Source: an uncultured Phycisphaerales bacterium
GTDB taxonomy: Bacteria > Planctomycetota > Phycisphaerae > Tepidisphaerales > Tepidisphaeraceae
Direction: 5' to 3'
Assembly: GCA_963758525.1 (NCBI GenBank)
Contig: CAVWVQ010000003.1
Location: forward strand, 1,760,001-1,824,000
DNA: 64,000 nt
In this document: in pieces, positions 28,909 to 39,995 of the stretch
Layout of the letters: every line of letters starts with the position of its first letter
Numbering within the stretch: the first letter of the stretch is position 1
The notes under the pieces: model-generated
Told to the model about the DNA's origin: nothing
Database searches by the model: none
What the model saw: the letters and a program-made list of their open reading frames with translations, nothing else
Position numbers and translations under genes: made by a program

Positions 28909-31572
28909 ATGACCCCGGAACAATTCAGGATCGTGTTCAAGCAACTGACCGACAACCGGCCATTTCCATGGCAAGAGGCGCTCTACGAGCAATTCATCTC
29001 AGATCGGCCTGACAACATCCCCGCGTCGTGTAACATCCCTACGGGATTGGGGAAAACCTCCGTCATCGCAATCTGGCTGATCGCGCTTCTGAACCATCCT
29101 GCCAAGATGCCGCGCCGTCTCGTCTACGTCGTCAATCGACGGACGGTGGTGGACCAGACAACAACAGAAGTCGAAAAACTTCGTGAAAACCTGCCGAAAT
29201 TGAAATCTTCTCTGAACGCTCTGGCGATCAGCACACTGCGTGGTCAATTTGCCGACAACCGCGAATGGTCCGCCGACCCTTCTCGCCCGGCAGTGATATG
29301 TGGGACGGTGGACATGATCGGTTCGCGATTGCTGTTTAGCGGATATGGCATTGGTCGAAACAGCAAACCGCATCATGCGGGTCTGTTGGGGCAGGATGTG
29401 CTGCTCGTGCATGATGAAGCCCATCTTGAGCCGGCATTTCAGGAGTTGCTTCTTTCGATTGAGAAACAACAAAGCGAGCTTGAGCGGACAGCCCTTCCCT
29501 GGCGCAAACTACGAGTGATGGAGCTTTCCGCCACTTCCCGCAGCGGAGGCGAAGTTTTTGAACTTACGGAAGCCGAGAAGACGCCACCAAATCCGCTACC
29601 CGATAGCCCTTCAGATCCGATCCACTTTGCGTGGCTTCGACTCAGTGCAAAGAAAGGCATCAAGCTGATCCCGGTTACAAGGAATCTTGTTGCCGCGACG
29701 ATCGGCAGCATCGCTCTCGACCGTTGGAAGTCCTCCGGTAAAGCAATCCTGATTTTCGTACGCTCCATCGATGACGTAAAGGCCGTCCGTGCGGAGTTAA
29801 CCAAGAAGATGATCGGCGTTCCCGATGACCAAGTTCAAATTCTCACAGGCACGAAGCGCGGCTTGGAACGAAATCGGTTGGCGACGGATGACGCGGTCTT
29901 CGCTCGTTTTCTTCATTCTCCGATTGCCACTCCCAAGTCTGGAACTGTGTACCTGATCAGCACATCAGCCGGGGAGGTGGGGGTGGACCTTTCGGCCGAC
30001 CATCTTGTCTGCGATCTGACTCCACTTGATAGTTTCATGCAGCGCCTAGGACGCGTCAATCGTCGGGGTTTCGGCGCCGCGGAGGTTGATGTTATCTATG
30101 AATCGAATCCCGACCCGAAGCCCAGATCGCCAAAGTTTGAGGCGGCGCGTCTGAAAACTCGCGACGTTCTTGCCACTCGTCTCGTCAAAGCGGATTGGAT
30201 TGAGGACCGACTGGATGGATCGCCGCTCGCGCTTCGCGGGCTAAACCTCAGCGATCTTGAGCGTGACGAAGCGTTCACACCCAAGCCAAGGATCGTACCC
30301 GCGACTGAAATCGTGTTCGATTCCTGGTCACTCACAACGATCAAGCATGAATTTCCCGGTCGGCCGCACGTCGAACCATACCTGCATGGGATCGCGGATT
30401 GGGATCCTCCACAAACCCAGGTCGCCTGGCGCGAGGAGGTTGGAGTCATCACCGCAGGCCTGCTGGGCGAATACGAGCCGTCCGATCTTCTCGAATACTA
30501 CCCGCTCAAGCCGCATGAATGGCTCACCGACCGCTCGGACCGCGTATCGAAAGAACTTGCCGACATCGCAGATCGGAACAACGGTCAATTTGCCGATACG
30601 CCCGTGTGGCTCGTGGATGGGACGGGCGCAGTTAATGTCGTCAGGCTTGGAGAGCTCGCCGACAAACAGAGGAAAGGCCAAATCGAAGGTCGGACCGTCC
30701 TGCTTCCGCCCATGGTTGGTGGACTGACGGGTGACGGAATGTTGGATGGGAAATCACCGTCTGCAAATGACGTGGCCGACGAATTCAAGGTCGAGGTGAA
30801 GAGCAATGGGATCGAATCGCTCGAAAACGGGCGTGTCCGCGTATGGGACAGCGACCCGATGCGAAGTGGAAAAGTGAAATGGATGCGCTTTATCTGCAAG
30901 ATTGTCCCGGCGTCAGAAAGTCAAAATGGTGACGAGGATTCTCCCCCGAACTCATGGCAGTGGTTCAAACGCGCCGAGGTTGGCGATACCGATGGATCAA
31001 AGGCCGCGGCCGCACCAGTCTTATGCGACGTTCACACGGCCGACGTAGTCCGCGAAACAGAGGGCTTCATCTCTCGCCTCCCCGAACTTCCCGACGCATT
31101 GAGACGGGTCCTCAAACTTGCCGCATACTATCACGATCAGGGGAAACGCCGCGAGCTGTTCCAGCGGGTGCTCGGTAACACAAATTTGTCAGTAGCGTGG
31201 GCAAAGTCCGGTGGACGGAGAACGCCCCGTGACCTTCGCACTCCGTACCGCCATGAATTCGGCTCCCTCCTGGACATCCAGCAATCCGGTGAATTCAAGT
31301 CGCTTGACACCCACGCGCAGGATCTCGTGCTGCACCTCATCGCTGCCCACCACGGCCGCGCGCGGCCTCACTTCGAAGGCGAAGAGGTTTTCGACCCGGA
31401 TCACCCCGATGACGTCGCCATCGCGTTGGCGACCGAGACGCCCCGACGCTTCGCCCGGCTCCAACGCAAGTTCGGACGATGGGGGCTAGCTTACATCGAA
31501 TCCCTGCTCCGCGCGGCCGATCACGCGGCCAGTGCATGCCCGTCGGAAACTGTGAAGGAAGATTACGAATGA
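28909..31572 (+). CDS. cas3: Type I-G Cas3 helicase with C-terminal HD nuclease
   Basis: PTGLGKT, YVVNRRTVVDQ, DEAH, SAT, QRLGRVNR; C-terminal HDQGK, RHEFGS, AAHHGRARP, RAAD. Confidence 0.96.
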   Translation: MTPEQFRIVFKQLTDNRPFPWQEALYEQFISDRPDNIPASCNIPTGLGKTSVIAIWLIALLNHPAKMPRRLVYVVNRRTVVDQTTTEVEKLRENLPKLKSSLNALAISTLRGQFADNREWSADPSRPAVICGTVDMIGSRLLFSGYGIGRNSKPHHAGLLGQDVLLVHDEAHLEPAFQELLLSIEKQQSELERTALPWRKLRVMELSATSRSGGEVFELTEAEKTPPNPLPDSPSDPIHFAWLRLSAKKGIKLIPVTRNLVAATIGSIALDRWKSSGKAILIFVRSIDDVKAVRAELTKKMIGVPDDQVQILTGTKRGLERNRLATDDAVFARFLHSPIATPKSGTVYLISTSAGEVGVDLSADHLVCDLTPLDSFMQRLGRVNRRGFGAAEVDVIYESNPDPKPRSPKFEAARLKTRDVLATRLVKADWIEDRLDGSPLALRGLNLSDLERDEAFTPKPRIVPATEIVFDSWSLTTIKHEFPGRPHVEPYLHGIADWDPPQTQVAWREEVGVITAGLLGEYEPSDLLEYYPLKPHEWLTDRSDRVSKELADIADRNNGQFADTPVWLVDGTGAVNVVRLGELADKQRKGQIEGRTVLLPPMVGGLTGDGMLDGKSPSANDVADEFKVEVKSNGIESLENGRVRVWDSDPMRSGKVKWMRFICKIVPASESQNGDEDSPPNSWQWFKRAEVGDTDGSKAAAAPVLCDVHTADVVRETEGFISRLPELPDALRRVLKLAAYYHDQGKRRELFQRVLGNTNLSVAWAKSGGRRTPRDLRTPYRHEFGSLLDIQQSGEFKSLDTHAQDLVLHLIAAHHGRARPHFEGEEVFDPDHPDDVAIALATETPRRFARLQRKFGRWGLAYIESLLRAADHAASACPSETVKEDYE

Positions 31573-32420
31573 GTAAACCCCTCACTGTCAAAGTAGATCT
31601 GACCAACCCCGGCCAGTTCTTCGCCTGCTGCGGTCTGCTGGAACTCGCCAGCAGGTTGGACACTCACGCGGAGGGTTGGTTTAAGGAGGACTCGTTTTGC
31701 GTCGCGGGACAAATTGAGGGCGTGGTAGACAAATTTCTGGCCTGCAACGTCAGTCCGATCCCGACAGAACCTTCCGCAGGCAACGACGACGATGACGCAG
31801 AAGCGGACGATGCCGCGGTGCCTAAGACTACACCGCTTCAAGTCGGACCTCCGTTTAACATTCGCCTTGACTGGTGGCGCGATCCGGCTGCGACCACGAA
31901 GGCCAAGCTCAAGACGTGGTCCGCCGGTCAGAAGGTGACCGATCTTTTCAACGGAACGACCAAGACCCGCACAACGAAGAAAGGACCAAAGGACTCCTAT
32001 CTTCCATCAATGCGTGATCATTTTCGTGATGTCGTGAAAACGCATCCGAACGACTGGCTGAGGCAGACGATCGCCACGGATTCGCCGATGCCCTACTGCT
32101 ACGACAGTCGTCTCTCGCGTAAGGCGCTACTCGACGCTGGCCACTACCGGTTCGGATTGCTGGCCTTTTCTCCGGCCGTTGACGTGCTTGTGCATGTCGC
32201 ATTTCAACGATTCCGGCCTTTGATGATCGAGCAATGGAATCGAAATCTGTATTGCACATGGTCAGTGCCCTTAACTGTTGAAATTGCATCGGTCGCGGCG
32301 CTGGGCATTATTCCTAGCCTCATCGATTTAAGTTTCGAGTTCCCAATCAAACCGTGTGACGCGGCGGGCCGGTACAAGCTCTTCGGTCATGCTCAACCTG
32401 TAAGGAAGGCACATGTCTGA
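31569..32420 (+). CDS. cas8g: Type I-G short large subunit (Cas8g/Cas8u2, Csb3-like)
   Basis: VDLTNPGQFFACCGLLELA, LDWW, KTWSAGQ, QRFRP, YCTW; lies between cas3 and cas7. Confidence 0.75.
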   Translation: MSKPLTVKVDLTNPGQFFACCGLLELASRLDTHAEGWFKEDSFCVAGQIEGVVDKFLACNVSPIPTEPSAGNDDDDAEADDAAVPKTTPLQVGPPFNIRLDWWRDPAATTKAKLKTWSAGQKVTDLFNGTTKTRTTKKGPKDSYLPSMRDHFRDVVKTHPNDWLRQTIATDSPMPYCYDSRLSRKALLDAGHYRFGLLAFSPAVDVLVHVAFQRFRPLMIEQWNRNLYCTWSVPLTVEIASVAALGIIPSLIDLSFEFPIKPCDAAGRYKLFGHAQPVRKAHV

Positions 32421-33507
32421 TTTATTGCACAAGCACGACGACCTCCTCAAGGACACCGGCCCGGCGGCCGTAGTCTTGAAGCATTGGCTCCAAGCCGTGG
32501 GCGGAGCCATATTCTTTCCTCCAACGTACGCAAACCCGTCACAGAAGAAGGGCGATCCCCCTGTATATAACATTGACCGCTTCGAAGACCCCAAGCGCTC
32601 CGTGGGTGTTGTCGATAGCATTCCCGCGCAGGCAAACCGAATCGAGCCATCACTGGGGCGAATTACCAACAACAAAGGCAAAACCGTGCGATTGGTTCCG
32701 CAAATCGTCGTTACCGCCAAGGTGAAGGATGACGACGGGAAGGATGTCTTTCAGCAAGTCAATCTTCTTGACGCCGGACATCGCGCAGCGGACGCGGTCG
32801 TGCAACTTTCCTCGCTCCGCGACGATATCACAAAGGCGATCAGGGCGAGGAGATCGGGCGATTCAAAGCCGCTTGCGAAACTCGCGCCGACCTCGCTGGT
32901 CTTCGGAATGTGGGACTCGCGGGAAAGCGGCATCAAGGTGTCGCGAATTCTGAACTCCATTATTCGGGCGTACGACGTTCTCGAATATCGCCGATCATCA
33001 CAGTTCAACGCTGCGCTCGATTATGAATCGGCGGGAGTAGCGCCGGGCAAGGGCGAAAAGAAACTTTCCGAAGTCGGCATGGACGGCGCGCCAGCCACGT
33101 TCCAGCACGGCGGGATCGAGGCACGGGGCGGAATCTGCAGAGAGGCGTCCCTTAATCTTTGCACGCTTCGAGACATCGTTACGTCAGACACCAAGGAAAC
33201 GCTCAAGCTTCAGCGCTATATCCTCGGTCTGGCTCTAGTGGCGATTACCCACTTCGACGGCAAGGCGCTGAATCTTCGCCAGGGCTGCCAGCTCGTTGGT
33301 ATTCCCGACAAGCCCATGTCGCGGCACCTCATCAAATCCGATGGCACAATCGATCCATTTGATGTCGATCGAGATGCTGCAATTGCTTATGCCAGTGCAA
33401 CAGCCGACGACTTTGGGGTCGGTGAGGATCGTCTTAATGAAACATTCGATGCCAAAGCCGCAAAAGCGGCCCTGAAGAAGAAGGAAAAAGAGGAGGCATC
33501 CACGTGA
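32413..33507 (+). CDS. cas7: Type I-G Cas7 (Csb1)
   Basis: FFPPTYA, VDSIPAQANRIE, AGHRAADA, PTSLVFGMWDSR, LRQGCQL. Confidence 0.93.
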   Translation: MSDLLHKHDDLLKDTGPAAVVLKHWLQAVGGAIFFPPTYANPSQKKGDPPVYNIDRFEDPKRSVGVVDSIPAQANRIEPSLGRITNNKGKTVRLVPQIVVTAKVKDDDGKDVFQQVNLLDAGHRAADAVVQLSSLRDDITKAIRARRSGDSKPLAKLAPTSLVFGMWDSRESGIKVSRILNSIIRAYDVLEYRRSSQFNAALDYESAGVAPGKGEKKLSEVGMDGAPATFQHGGIEARGGICREASLNLCTLRDIVTSDTKETLKLQRYILGLALVAITHFDGKALNLRQGCQLVGIPDKPMSRHLIKSDGTIDPFDVDRDAAIAYASATADDFGVGEDRLNETFDAKAAKAALKKKEKEEAST

Positions 33508-34942
33508 TCTTCCTCCTCTCCATCCGCTTCCTCGACGATCGGTACCACGGGACCACCGACAACGGCGAGAGTACCGAATGGCCGCCCTCGCCGCTTCGGG
33601 TTTTCCAGGCAATGGTCGCGGGCAACGCGCGCGGCGATCGGTTGCCCGACGTGGTACGGGACGCATTGCTCTGGCTCGAAAAGCTCGACCCGCCTGACAT
33701 CATCGCGCCGGGCGGCTGGGACGGAATGCCACTCCTGACGTATGTGCTCAACAATGTGTCGGATTCAAATTTTAATAGCCGCGCGCCTAAGACGATTCGA
33801 CCAACGATTCTGAATGGGGACCGGCTCGTTGAATACGCTTGGACATTCGATCCGTCGGCAGAGTCAGATCGCCAGATTGAGACCTTAATCGGCGCGTCGC
33901 GACATATCCGGGCGCTGGGATGGGGAATTGACCTTGCAATCGGTCATGGCGAAAGGAAGGAAGCTTCAACGCAGACTCCGCCCCACCGAAATCGTTATGT
34001 GCCGGCGCGCACCTTGACAATCGCCGGCAAGGATCGGCGGGTGCCGCGCGATGGGAGCCTCGTCTCGCTCGAGGAAACTTACCGACAATTCCTGGCGCGG
34101 TACGAAACTCCTGGAGTGACTGCGTTCGAGTCCGCTGGTGCGATTTACGACACCGTGCAATATGGAGTCGGCGCGGCGCGCCCTTGCGTCGCGTTCAAGC
34201 TGGTGAACGAGGACGGCGATACTGTCACGATCCGCCAACAGCTCATTAAACCGCTCGTTGGCATGATCCGAAATCTGGCGAATGACCCGCGCCTCGTTGC
34301 TCGATTCGGACAAGAAACGATCGACCGAGACGTCATGGGCCATCCGAAGAGCGGAACAGAAAATCGCGTCTCAATTCTCCCGCTTCCGACGATTCGCGAA
34401 GGTCCAACCGACGGTCGCATCAGAAGGGTGATGTTCGCTCAACCGGCTTCATCGGACGGTGCGCTCTGCCGCGCATTTGACACTTTATTGGATGGCGCGG
34501 CGCTGCATCCGGAAATGAATGAGACGCGTTTGCAGGGTATCCAGCTTGAACGAATCCACCGCAGAGATTCAGTGCTACGTGCGTACACCGATGAATCCGA
34601 AGTTTGGGCTTCGGTTACCCCGGTCCTGTTGCCTGGATATGACGACCGCAAGCAGCATCGTGGCAATCATGTTAAGCGGCTTGCGCGGCGGAAGAGTTAT
34701 GCCAAAAGGCTTTGGCGCAAAGCGGTCTCCCGAGAGCTAAAGATATTCAATTGTCCCGCGTTCCTTATTTCTCGGGGTCACAACACGTCCGTGACTACCA
34801 CCCGCGCGCGAAATTGAGCAACTATCCGCGCTATCACGTGCGGCTGGAATTCGAGCAGTCAATGAGCGGGCCAGTTGCGATCGGCGCGGGACAGCACACC
34901 GGCTTTGGAACTCTTGCTGTTTACGACAAGAAGGGGAGATGA
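33504..34942 (+). CDS. csb2: Csb2 (Cas5/Cas6 fusion), frameshift near 34690
   Basis: RYHG, EWPPSPLRVFQAMVA, LGWGID, WASVTPVLLP; Gly loop GPVAIGAGQHTGFG in second frame. Confidence 0.92.
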
Positions 34943-34946
34943 TGCC

Positions 34947-35873
34947 ATGCCCTCCAACGTCTCCATCACCGGTGATGACGCCCTGACGCTCGACATGGTC
35001 GGGCAATACACCTACTGCCCGCGGCGGTTCCACCTGATGTACGTGGAAGGACGCTGGGACGACAACGCCTACACGATCGAGGGACGGCACATTCATCGCC
35101 GCGTGGATCGGGTCGATCGGTTCTTGCCGGAGGCGGACGCAGAGAAGAAATCGGCCGATGATGCGGTGCGGGCGGCGGCTGCGGGTGACGAGCCGCCTGT
35201 GGTTTCGCGGTCGGTGCCGCTGGCTTCCTCGGCACTGGGACTGTCAGCGAAGCTGGACCTGGCTTCCAGCGACGGGGACGAACTCATTGCGCGGATCGCC
35301 GTCGTCGAGTCGGTGGATTCGCTGCTCGGGCTGGAGGGGAACGTCGCGCGGCAATACTTCGAAAACTTCTCCGCGATGCTCAAGCCGCGTGACTTCGACG
35401 CGGATTGGGATTTCAACTCGCGCAACCGCAGGCCACCGAAAGATCCGGTCAACGCGATGCTGTCGTTCGCGTATGCGCTGCTGGCCAAGGAATGCACCGT
35501 CGCGCTGCTGGCTGAGGGGCTGGACCCTTACTGGGGTCTTTACCGCAAGCCGCGTCATGGGAGGCCGGCGATGGCGCTGGACCTGATGGAACCGTTCCGG
35601 CCGGTCGTCGCGGATTCGGCGGTGATCACGGCCATCAACACCGGCATGGTGCGCGGCAACCATTTCACCCGCGCAGCATCCGGCTGCGCCATGAATGACA
35701 CCGGCCGCAAAGGCCTGCTCCGTGCCTATGAAGCCCGGCTCGACCAACTCGTGACCCATCCGGAATTTGACTACCGATGCTCCTGGCGATCGGTCATCCG
35801 ACTTCAGGCCCGGCTGCTCTCCCGCTGGTTGCGCGGAGACGTGCCCGAATATTCCAACCTTGTTACGCGATGA
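34947..35873 (+). pseudogene. cas4-cas1: Cas4-Cas1 fusion with large in-frame internal deletion (308 aa)
   Basis: Cas4 N-half (YCPRR, EGRHIH, KLDL) joined near 35283 to Cas1 helical domain (LLGLEG, RNRRPPKDPVNAMLSFAY, ALDLMEPFRP). Confidence 0.88.
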
Positions 35874-35879
35874 TCACCT

Positions 35880-36170
35880 ATGAACCGCCGACATCTTCTG
35901 GTTACCTACGACATCAGCGACGACAAACGCCGAACCTCCGTCTTCAACCTCCTCCAGGCGAATGGAGATCACGCCCAATACTCCGTCTTCCTCTGCCAGC
36001 TCAACAACGCGGGACTTGCGCGTCTGCAGGCGGCGCTACAGCCGATGATCCACGCGACCGAAGATCAGATTCTGATTCTGGACCTTGGCAGGGTAGAATA
36101 TTCGGAGGCGCTGGCGATGGTCACCCTCGGCCGCGCATATGCCCCGCCGATCCGAACAATGATCGTCTAG
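35880..36170 (+). CDS. cas2: Cas2
   Basis: LVTYDISDDKRR, QYSVF, DQILILDLG. Confidence 0.96.
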   Translation: MNRRHLLVTYDISDDKRRTSVFNLLQANGDHAQYSVFLCQLNNAGLARLQAALQPMIHATEDQILILDLGRVEYSEALAMVTLGRAYAPPIRTMIV

Positions 36171-36346
36171 ACGGTCGCGAGCGGCGACGTTGTAAAGAGT
36201 TTGCCGTAGCCGCTCGAACTCTTTGGCAATTGAATAGTTGTATTGATATCCGAATGCTCGCCATGTCTCCTGCCGAGCCAGTTGGAGGTGACCACTCGCG
36301 ATGGCCGTTACAAGTCATTGCGAATTCGCCAACAACACCCGGCAGG
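36171..36346 (+). promoter_or_regulatory. CRISPR leader
   Basis: Non-coding, more AT-rich, between cas2 and first repeat; inverted motifs CGAGCGGC/GCCGCTCG and AAAGAGTT/AACTCTTT. Confidence 0.75.
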
Positions 36347-39300
36347 CCTTCCGCGCTCATCAGAGCGCGGCACCATTGAAGCACCGTGCCACCGATCGCG
36401 TTCAGCGTGGTGACCAGCCTTCCGCGCTCATCAGAGCGCGGCACCATTGAAGCGCAATGTGTTCTATTTTTAGTTCGTCAGCGTTCATCCTTCCGCGCTC
36501 ATCAGAGCGCGGCACCATTGAAGCAATACCGCGCAGTGCCGGTTCGACTCCGGCCAGCGACCCTTCCGCGCTCATCAGAGCGCGGCACCATTGAAGCCGG
36601 TATCGCCGATCCTCCAGGCAGTTGGCGCCCGGTCCGCCTTCCGCGCTCATCAGAGCGCGGCACCATTGAAGCCTGCCCCATCTACGTCGCTCGCGTTCTG
36701 GAAGCCTTCCTTCCGCGCTCATCAGAGCGCGGCACCATTGAAGCCCGATGCGCCTGTCACGGGCATGAGGTCCGGCGTGGCCTTCCGCGCTCATCAGAGC
36801 GCGGCACCATTGAAGCCTGGAGGTAAAGGTGTCCTGCGCTCCAAGCGTTGCCGCCTTCCGCGCTCATCAGAGCGCGGCACCATTGAAGCAAGTCAACTTC
36901 TCGTTGGCCTTACGCTCAGCTTCGACCTTCCGCGCTCATCAGAGCGCGGCACCATTGAAGCGACTTCGGCCGCGCTCTTCACTGCCGACTGCTGGAGCCT
37001 TCCGCGCTCATCAGAGCGCGGCACCATTGAAGCTTGCCGGCGTTGTTGGCGCGACGAACAACGGTAAGGCCCTTCCGCGCTCATCAGAGCGCGGCACCAT
37101 TGAAGCACTTGGAACAGCCTTCATCAGCTTGTCCTGCCACGGCCCTTCCGCGCTCATCAGAGCGCGGCACCATTGAAGCCGTCGCGTTCGCGAAGTCGTG
37201 GGGATACGGCTCGCCCCCTTCCGCGCTCATCAGAGCGCGGCACCATTGAAGCACGTTTATTCTTTTGATTGACGGGCAAACTTATTCACCCTTCCGCGCT
37301 CATCAGAGCGCGGCACCATTGAAGCAATTCCCGAATCGTCCAGTCAATCGCCATCCATGCGCCTTCCGCGCTCATCAGAGCGCGGCACCATTGAAGCACA
37401 CTGATGAGCACCGGCAAGTCCACGCGCGGAGGAACCTTCCGCGCTCATCAGAGCGCGGCACCATTGAAGCTAGGGGTAGGTTGCAATGATCCGATCGGCC
37501 GCTGCGCGCCTTCCGCGCTCATCAGAGCGCGGCACCATTGAAGCAGCTGGACACCCGCGCCACCGCGGCCGAGTCGGCTGCCCTTCCGCGCTCATCAGAG
37601 CGCGGCACCATTGAAGCAGCGCGATTCTGCACCTTCGCTTCGGATGCGCCGACCTTCCGCGCTCATCAGAGCGCGGCACCATTGAAGCAAACGATGTCAG
37701 CATGTATCGTGAGGTGATGGCATTCCTTCCGCGCTCATCAGAGCGCGGCACCATTGAAGCAGCGAGATATTGCCACTGATCGAACGTTTGACGCCACCTT
37801 CCGCGCTCATCAGAGCGCGGCACCATTGAAGCCAGTCGGCCGCGTTCGATTTCGCAACCCTACCTGCCCTTCCGCGCTCATCAGAGCGCGGCACCATTGA
37901 AGCCTTGCAACAGCATCGGGAACGGTTGACGACACTTTCACGCCTTCCGCGCTCATCAGAGCGCGGCACCATTGAAGCCTGTCATCCCCCGAGCCCGACG
38001 AAGACCCCGACGTCCTTCCGCGCTCATCAGAGCGCGGCACCATTGAAGCATGCAACGAAGTTTCGGGCAGCAACTCCTCTGTCAGCCTTCCGCGCTCATC
38101 AGAGCGCGGCACCATTGAAGCCTTCCCGACGGCACCCAGTTCAGCGCGTTCCCTTCCGCGCTCATCAGAGCGCGGCACCATTGAAGCGATGCCGCGGGGC
38201 TGGGAACCCGCCGCGAGCGGCGGCCCTTCCGCGCTCATCAGAGCGCGGCACCATTGAAGCGGGATGAACAATCCGTTGCGCGAACCGGGAACGCACCCTT
38301 CCGCGCTCATCAGAGCGCGGCACCATTGAAGCATTGCCATTGGGCGTAAGGGCAAAGAGGCGACGATTACGCCTTCCGCGCTCATCAGAGCGCGGCACCA
38401 TTGAAGCACCTTCCCAAGCGTTCCATACGTTTTGCGTGCCAGCCTTCCGCGCTCATCAGAGCGCGGCACCATTGAAGCTTGACGGATTGTGACTCGTTCG
38501 TGCGTCGGCTTGGCGCCCTTCCGCGCTCATCAGAGCGCGGCACCATTGAAGCGAGACGATCGAAGGCAGGCAGTGGTGCAACGGCGTACCTTCCGCGCTC
38601 ATCAGAGCGCGGCACCATTGAAGCATTTATGGCTGAAGGACGTTGGGTTGAAATTCATGGACGCTTCCGCGCTCATCAGAGCGCGGCACCATTGAAGCTC
38701 ACGGCAGTCACTGGCCTCGGCGGTGAGTTCATCACCCCTTCCGCGCTCATCAGAGCGCGGCACCATTGAAGCATCCCGGAGTGGGCTTGGGCCACATCCG
38801 ACTTCATTGCCTTCCGCGCTCATCAGAGCGCGGCACCATTGAAGCTTGCTGTCCTCCCACACTGCGAACGCGCTTGCCAGCCTTCCGCGCTCATCAGAGC
38901 GCGGCACCATTGAAGCACGACCTGGCCGACGCGATTCTCGGCCGGGACCACGGCCTTCCGCGCTCATCAGAGCGCGGCACCATTGAAGCATCGGCGCGTC
39001 CCCGCTCGTCGTCATGGCCGTCGTTCCTTCCGCGCTCATCAGAGCGCGGCACCATTGAAGCTCGGTTCGGATCGACCCGCGCGACGCCGATATGGCTCCT
39101 TCCGCGCTCATCAGAGCGCGGCACCATTGAAGCGTGTGCCTGCCGCTGGCGTGGCCGGTGCTGTTGGCGGCCTTCCGCGCTCATCAGAGCGCGGCACCAT
39201 TGAAGTATGCCGCTTCCGTCGATGCCAACGGAGTTGACCTGCCTTCCGCGCTCATCAGAGCGCGGCACCATTGAAGCACGCTCGACGGCAACGGACTGCT

Positions 39301-39349
39301 GGAAGTGAACGTCCCTTCCGCGCTCATCAGAGCGCGGCACCATTGAAGC
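36347..39349 (+). CRISPR. CRISPR array: 42 repeats of 36 nt (CCTTCCGCGCTCATCAGAGCGCGGCACCATTGAAGC), 41 spacers
   Basis: Counted by hand; 8-bp hairpin CCGCGCTC/GAGCGCGG; spacers 35-39 nt except one of 30 nt; single-base variants at 38663 and 39206. Confidence 0.99.
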
Positions 39350-39889
39350 CGATCATGACAAACGAAGCGCCGCGAAGGCATGCATTGTGCCAAATCGTGC
39401 CAAATCGTGCCATATGGAGCATTGTTGATTTAATTACGCGTGTCCCTTGGTGCTGGCTGCGGGGCCCCCTGTTTCTTGGACCGCTTGCTGCTCCGTCGTC
39501 ACAATAACACTTTTTTCCAGACGCTGATTCGTGGTAGAAGCGCTGCTGTGATGGTCTACAGAATGCACGCGACCGGCGGCACGCGAAAAAGAGGCAGATT
39601 CTGTCGCGAGGCCGAAAGCCGACATCCGCACAGCGCGGCGCCGGCAGATCGAGAGAAACGCGCCCAAAAACGGGCGAAAAACATTATCAAAACCTATCAA
39701 GCTGATGCTCGTTTTTTAAGCCAGAAGCGGGAAGCCGGGAGTCGGAAGAGAAGCGATTGAGTGATCGGAGTTCACAATGGATGGCAGTCCGTTGGCGTTG
39801 GGGGATTTGCAGTAAAGCGGAATTCCGCGGGGAGCCCTGTTAGAGGAGGAGCGCGTCGATGGATCTCAGCGTGCGCAGCTCCGAAATCG

Positions 39890-39995
39890 TTAGCCGCGTC
39901 GCTTGCGAGGCGTGTCCAGCGGTGCAATCGTTCCGACGGCGCCCCCGTCGGCTGCGACCCAAACAGGAGACCGCGCCCCGCAAGCGGGGCGGCCC
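39890..39995. repeat. REP-like element related to the 26.65 kb repeat
   Basis: TTAGCCGCGTCGCTTGCGAGGCGTGTCCAGCGGTGCAATC ... CCCCGCAAGCGGGGCGGC. Confidence 0.65.

Noticed and set aside
36538..36554. T-arm motif as a real tRNA gene
   Set aside because: It lies wholly within a spacer and has no 5' half; no tRNA or rRNA gene was found in the window
36386..39393. Many ORFs with repeated LPRSSERGTIEA / MVPRSDERGR peptides
   Set aside because: Translations of the CRISPR repeats
39420..39890. Short ORFs after the array as accessory or anti-CRISPR genes
   Set aside because: No RBS, motif or coding-like composition I can support
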